The notes below the pieces were generated by a model. It was not told the origin of the DNA. It searched no databases and saw nothing but the letters and a program-made list of their open reading frames with translations. A DNA stretch of 63,975 bases, the filler included, from Chiloscyllium plagiosum (taxonomy: Eukaryota), in NCBI RefSeq assembly GCF_004010195.1. It is 6 parts of 6 records of this genome, joined end to end, with 100 filler letters (N's around TTAATTAATTAA, not from the genome) between each part and the next. Parts side by side here need not be neighbours in the genome. Positions count along the whole stretch, not along the records: positions 62,946 to 63,975 come from NW_025117957.1; 5 more parts are not named here. One strand, given 5' to 3'. The position numbers and the translations under genes were made by a program. Positions 63,551 to 63,975 of this stretch are shown in pieces. Numbering within the stretch: the first letter of the stretch is position 1; each line of letters opens with the position of its first letter.

Positions 63551-63852
63551 ATGTGAAATCACAGACTATCCACCAGAACCCCGCCGCCGTCTCCAAATTT
63601 CCCGGAGAGGGAGTGAAACTGGAGTGCAATGTGGAGGGCAGCAGCAGTAGCAATCCCTACTTGTACTGGTACAGCCAGGCCCCGAGAAAAGAGCTACAGC
63701 TAATGTTTTACTCCAATACAGCACAGTACGTGAATCCACAGGAGCCGGTGGACGGTTTCACCGCTGACAGACCGGATAACACCAAGTTCAGCCTGATGTC
63801 CTTCAACCTCCAGGCAAATCACTCAGCCGTGTATTACTGCGCCTGGAGTCTT
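63551..63852 (+). CDS. TRBV: TCR beta V exon, TRBV30-like, intact and unrearranged
   Basis: VKSQTIHQNP...VKLECNVEGSSSSNPYLYWYSQ...LQLMFYS...ADRP...HSAVYYCAWSL, followed directly by an RSS. Confidence 0.92.
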
Positions 63853-63891
63853 CACAGTGACTCAGCGAGAGGGAGCAGCTCAACAAAAACC
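63853..63891 (+). other. Recombination signal sequence, 23-bp spacer
   Basis: CACAGTG (63853-63859) + 23 nt + ACAAAAACC (63883-63891), both consensus. Confidence 0.97.
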
Positions 63892-63975
63892 CCAAACGGT
63901 GACAGGAAGCAAATGTCAACGTCAAAACCTAACGATATTTTCCTGGTTTTGTAAAATCATGGACAACAACGGCGG

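Noticed and set aside
1-63975. A 'primordial immune complex' with IgW, IgL, MHC I, TCR beta and NK-receptor genes in 64 kb
   Set aside because: Each gene sits on a separate fragment joined by synthetic linkers.

Overview
Vertebrate genomic DNA, almost certainly from a shark (inferred from IgW exons, an NS4/kappa-type light chain C exon, an HE1-type SINE and HER1/CR1-type LINEs). The window is not one locus. Five identical 100-bp linkers (44N-TTAATTAATTAA-44N) join six unrelated fragments. (1) 1-27388: a decayed NKp30/NCR3-like receptor gene (germline-joined VJ exon, stalk, Arg-containing TM exon, short tail) and the start of an opposite-strand C1-type Ig exon, with Penelope elements carrying hammerhead ribozyme motifs. 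(2) 27489-52895: three RSS-less, germline-joined VJ exons in tandem (two exactly 345 nt, phase 1-1), plus Gypsy/Gmr1-like, LTR and LINE debris. (3) 52996-56477: IgW heavy-chain pseudogene (CH2-CH4). (4) 56578-58408: Ig kappa-type C exon with a 3' frameshift. (5) 58509-62845: divergent MHC class I gene (alpha2, alpha3, TM) lacking the first alpha2 cysteine. (6) 62946-63975: intact TRBV30-like TCR beta V gene with a perfect 23-RSS. Most ORFs in the supplied track are repeat fragments or noise. All family assignments come from motif recognition and recalled sequences, not from database searches.
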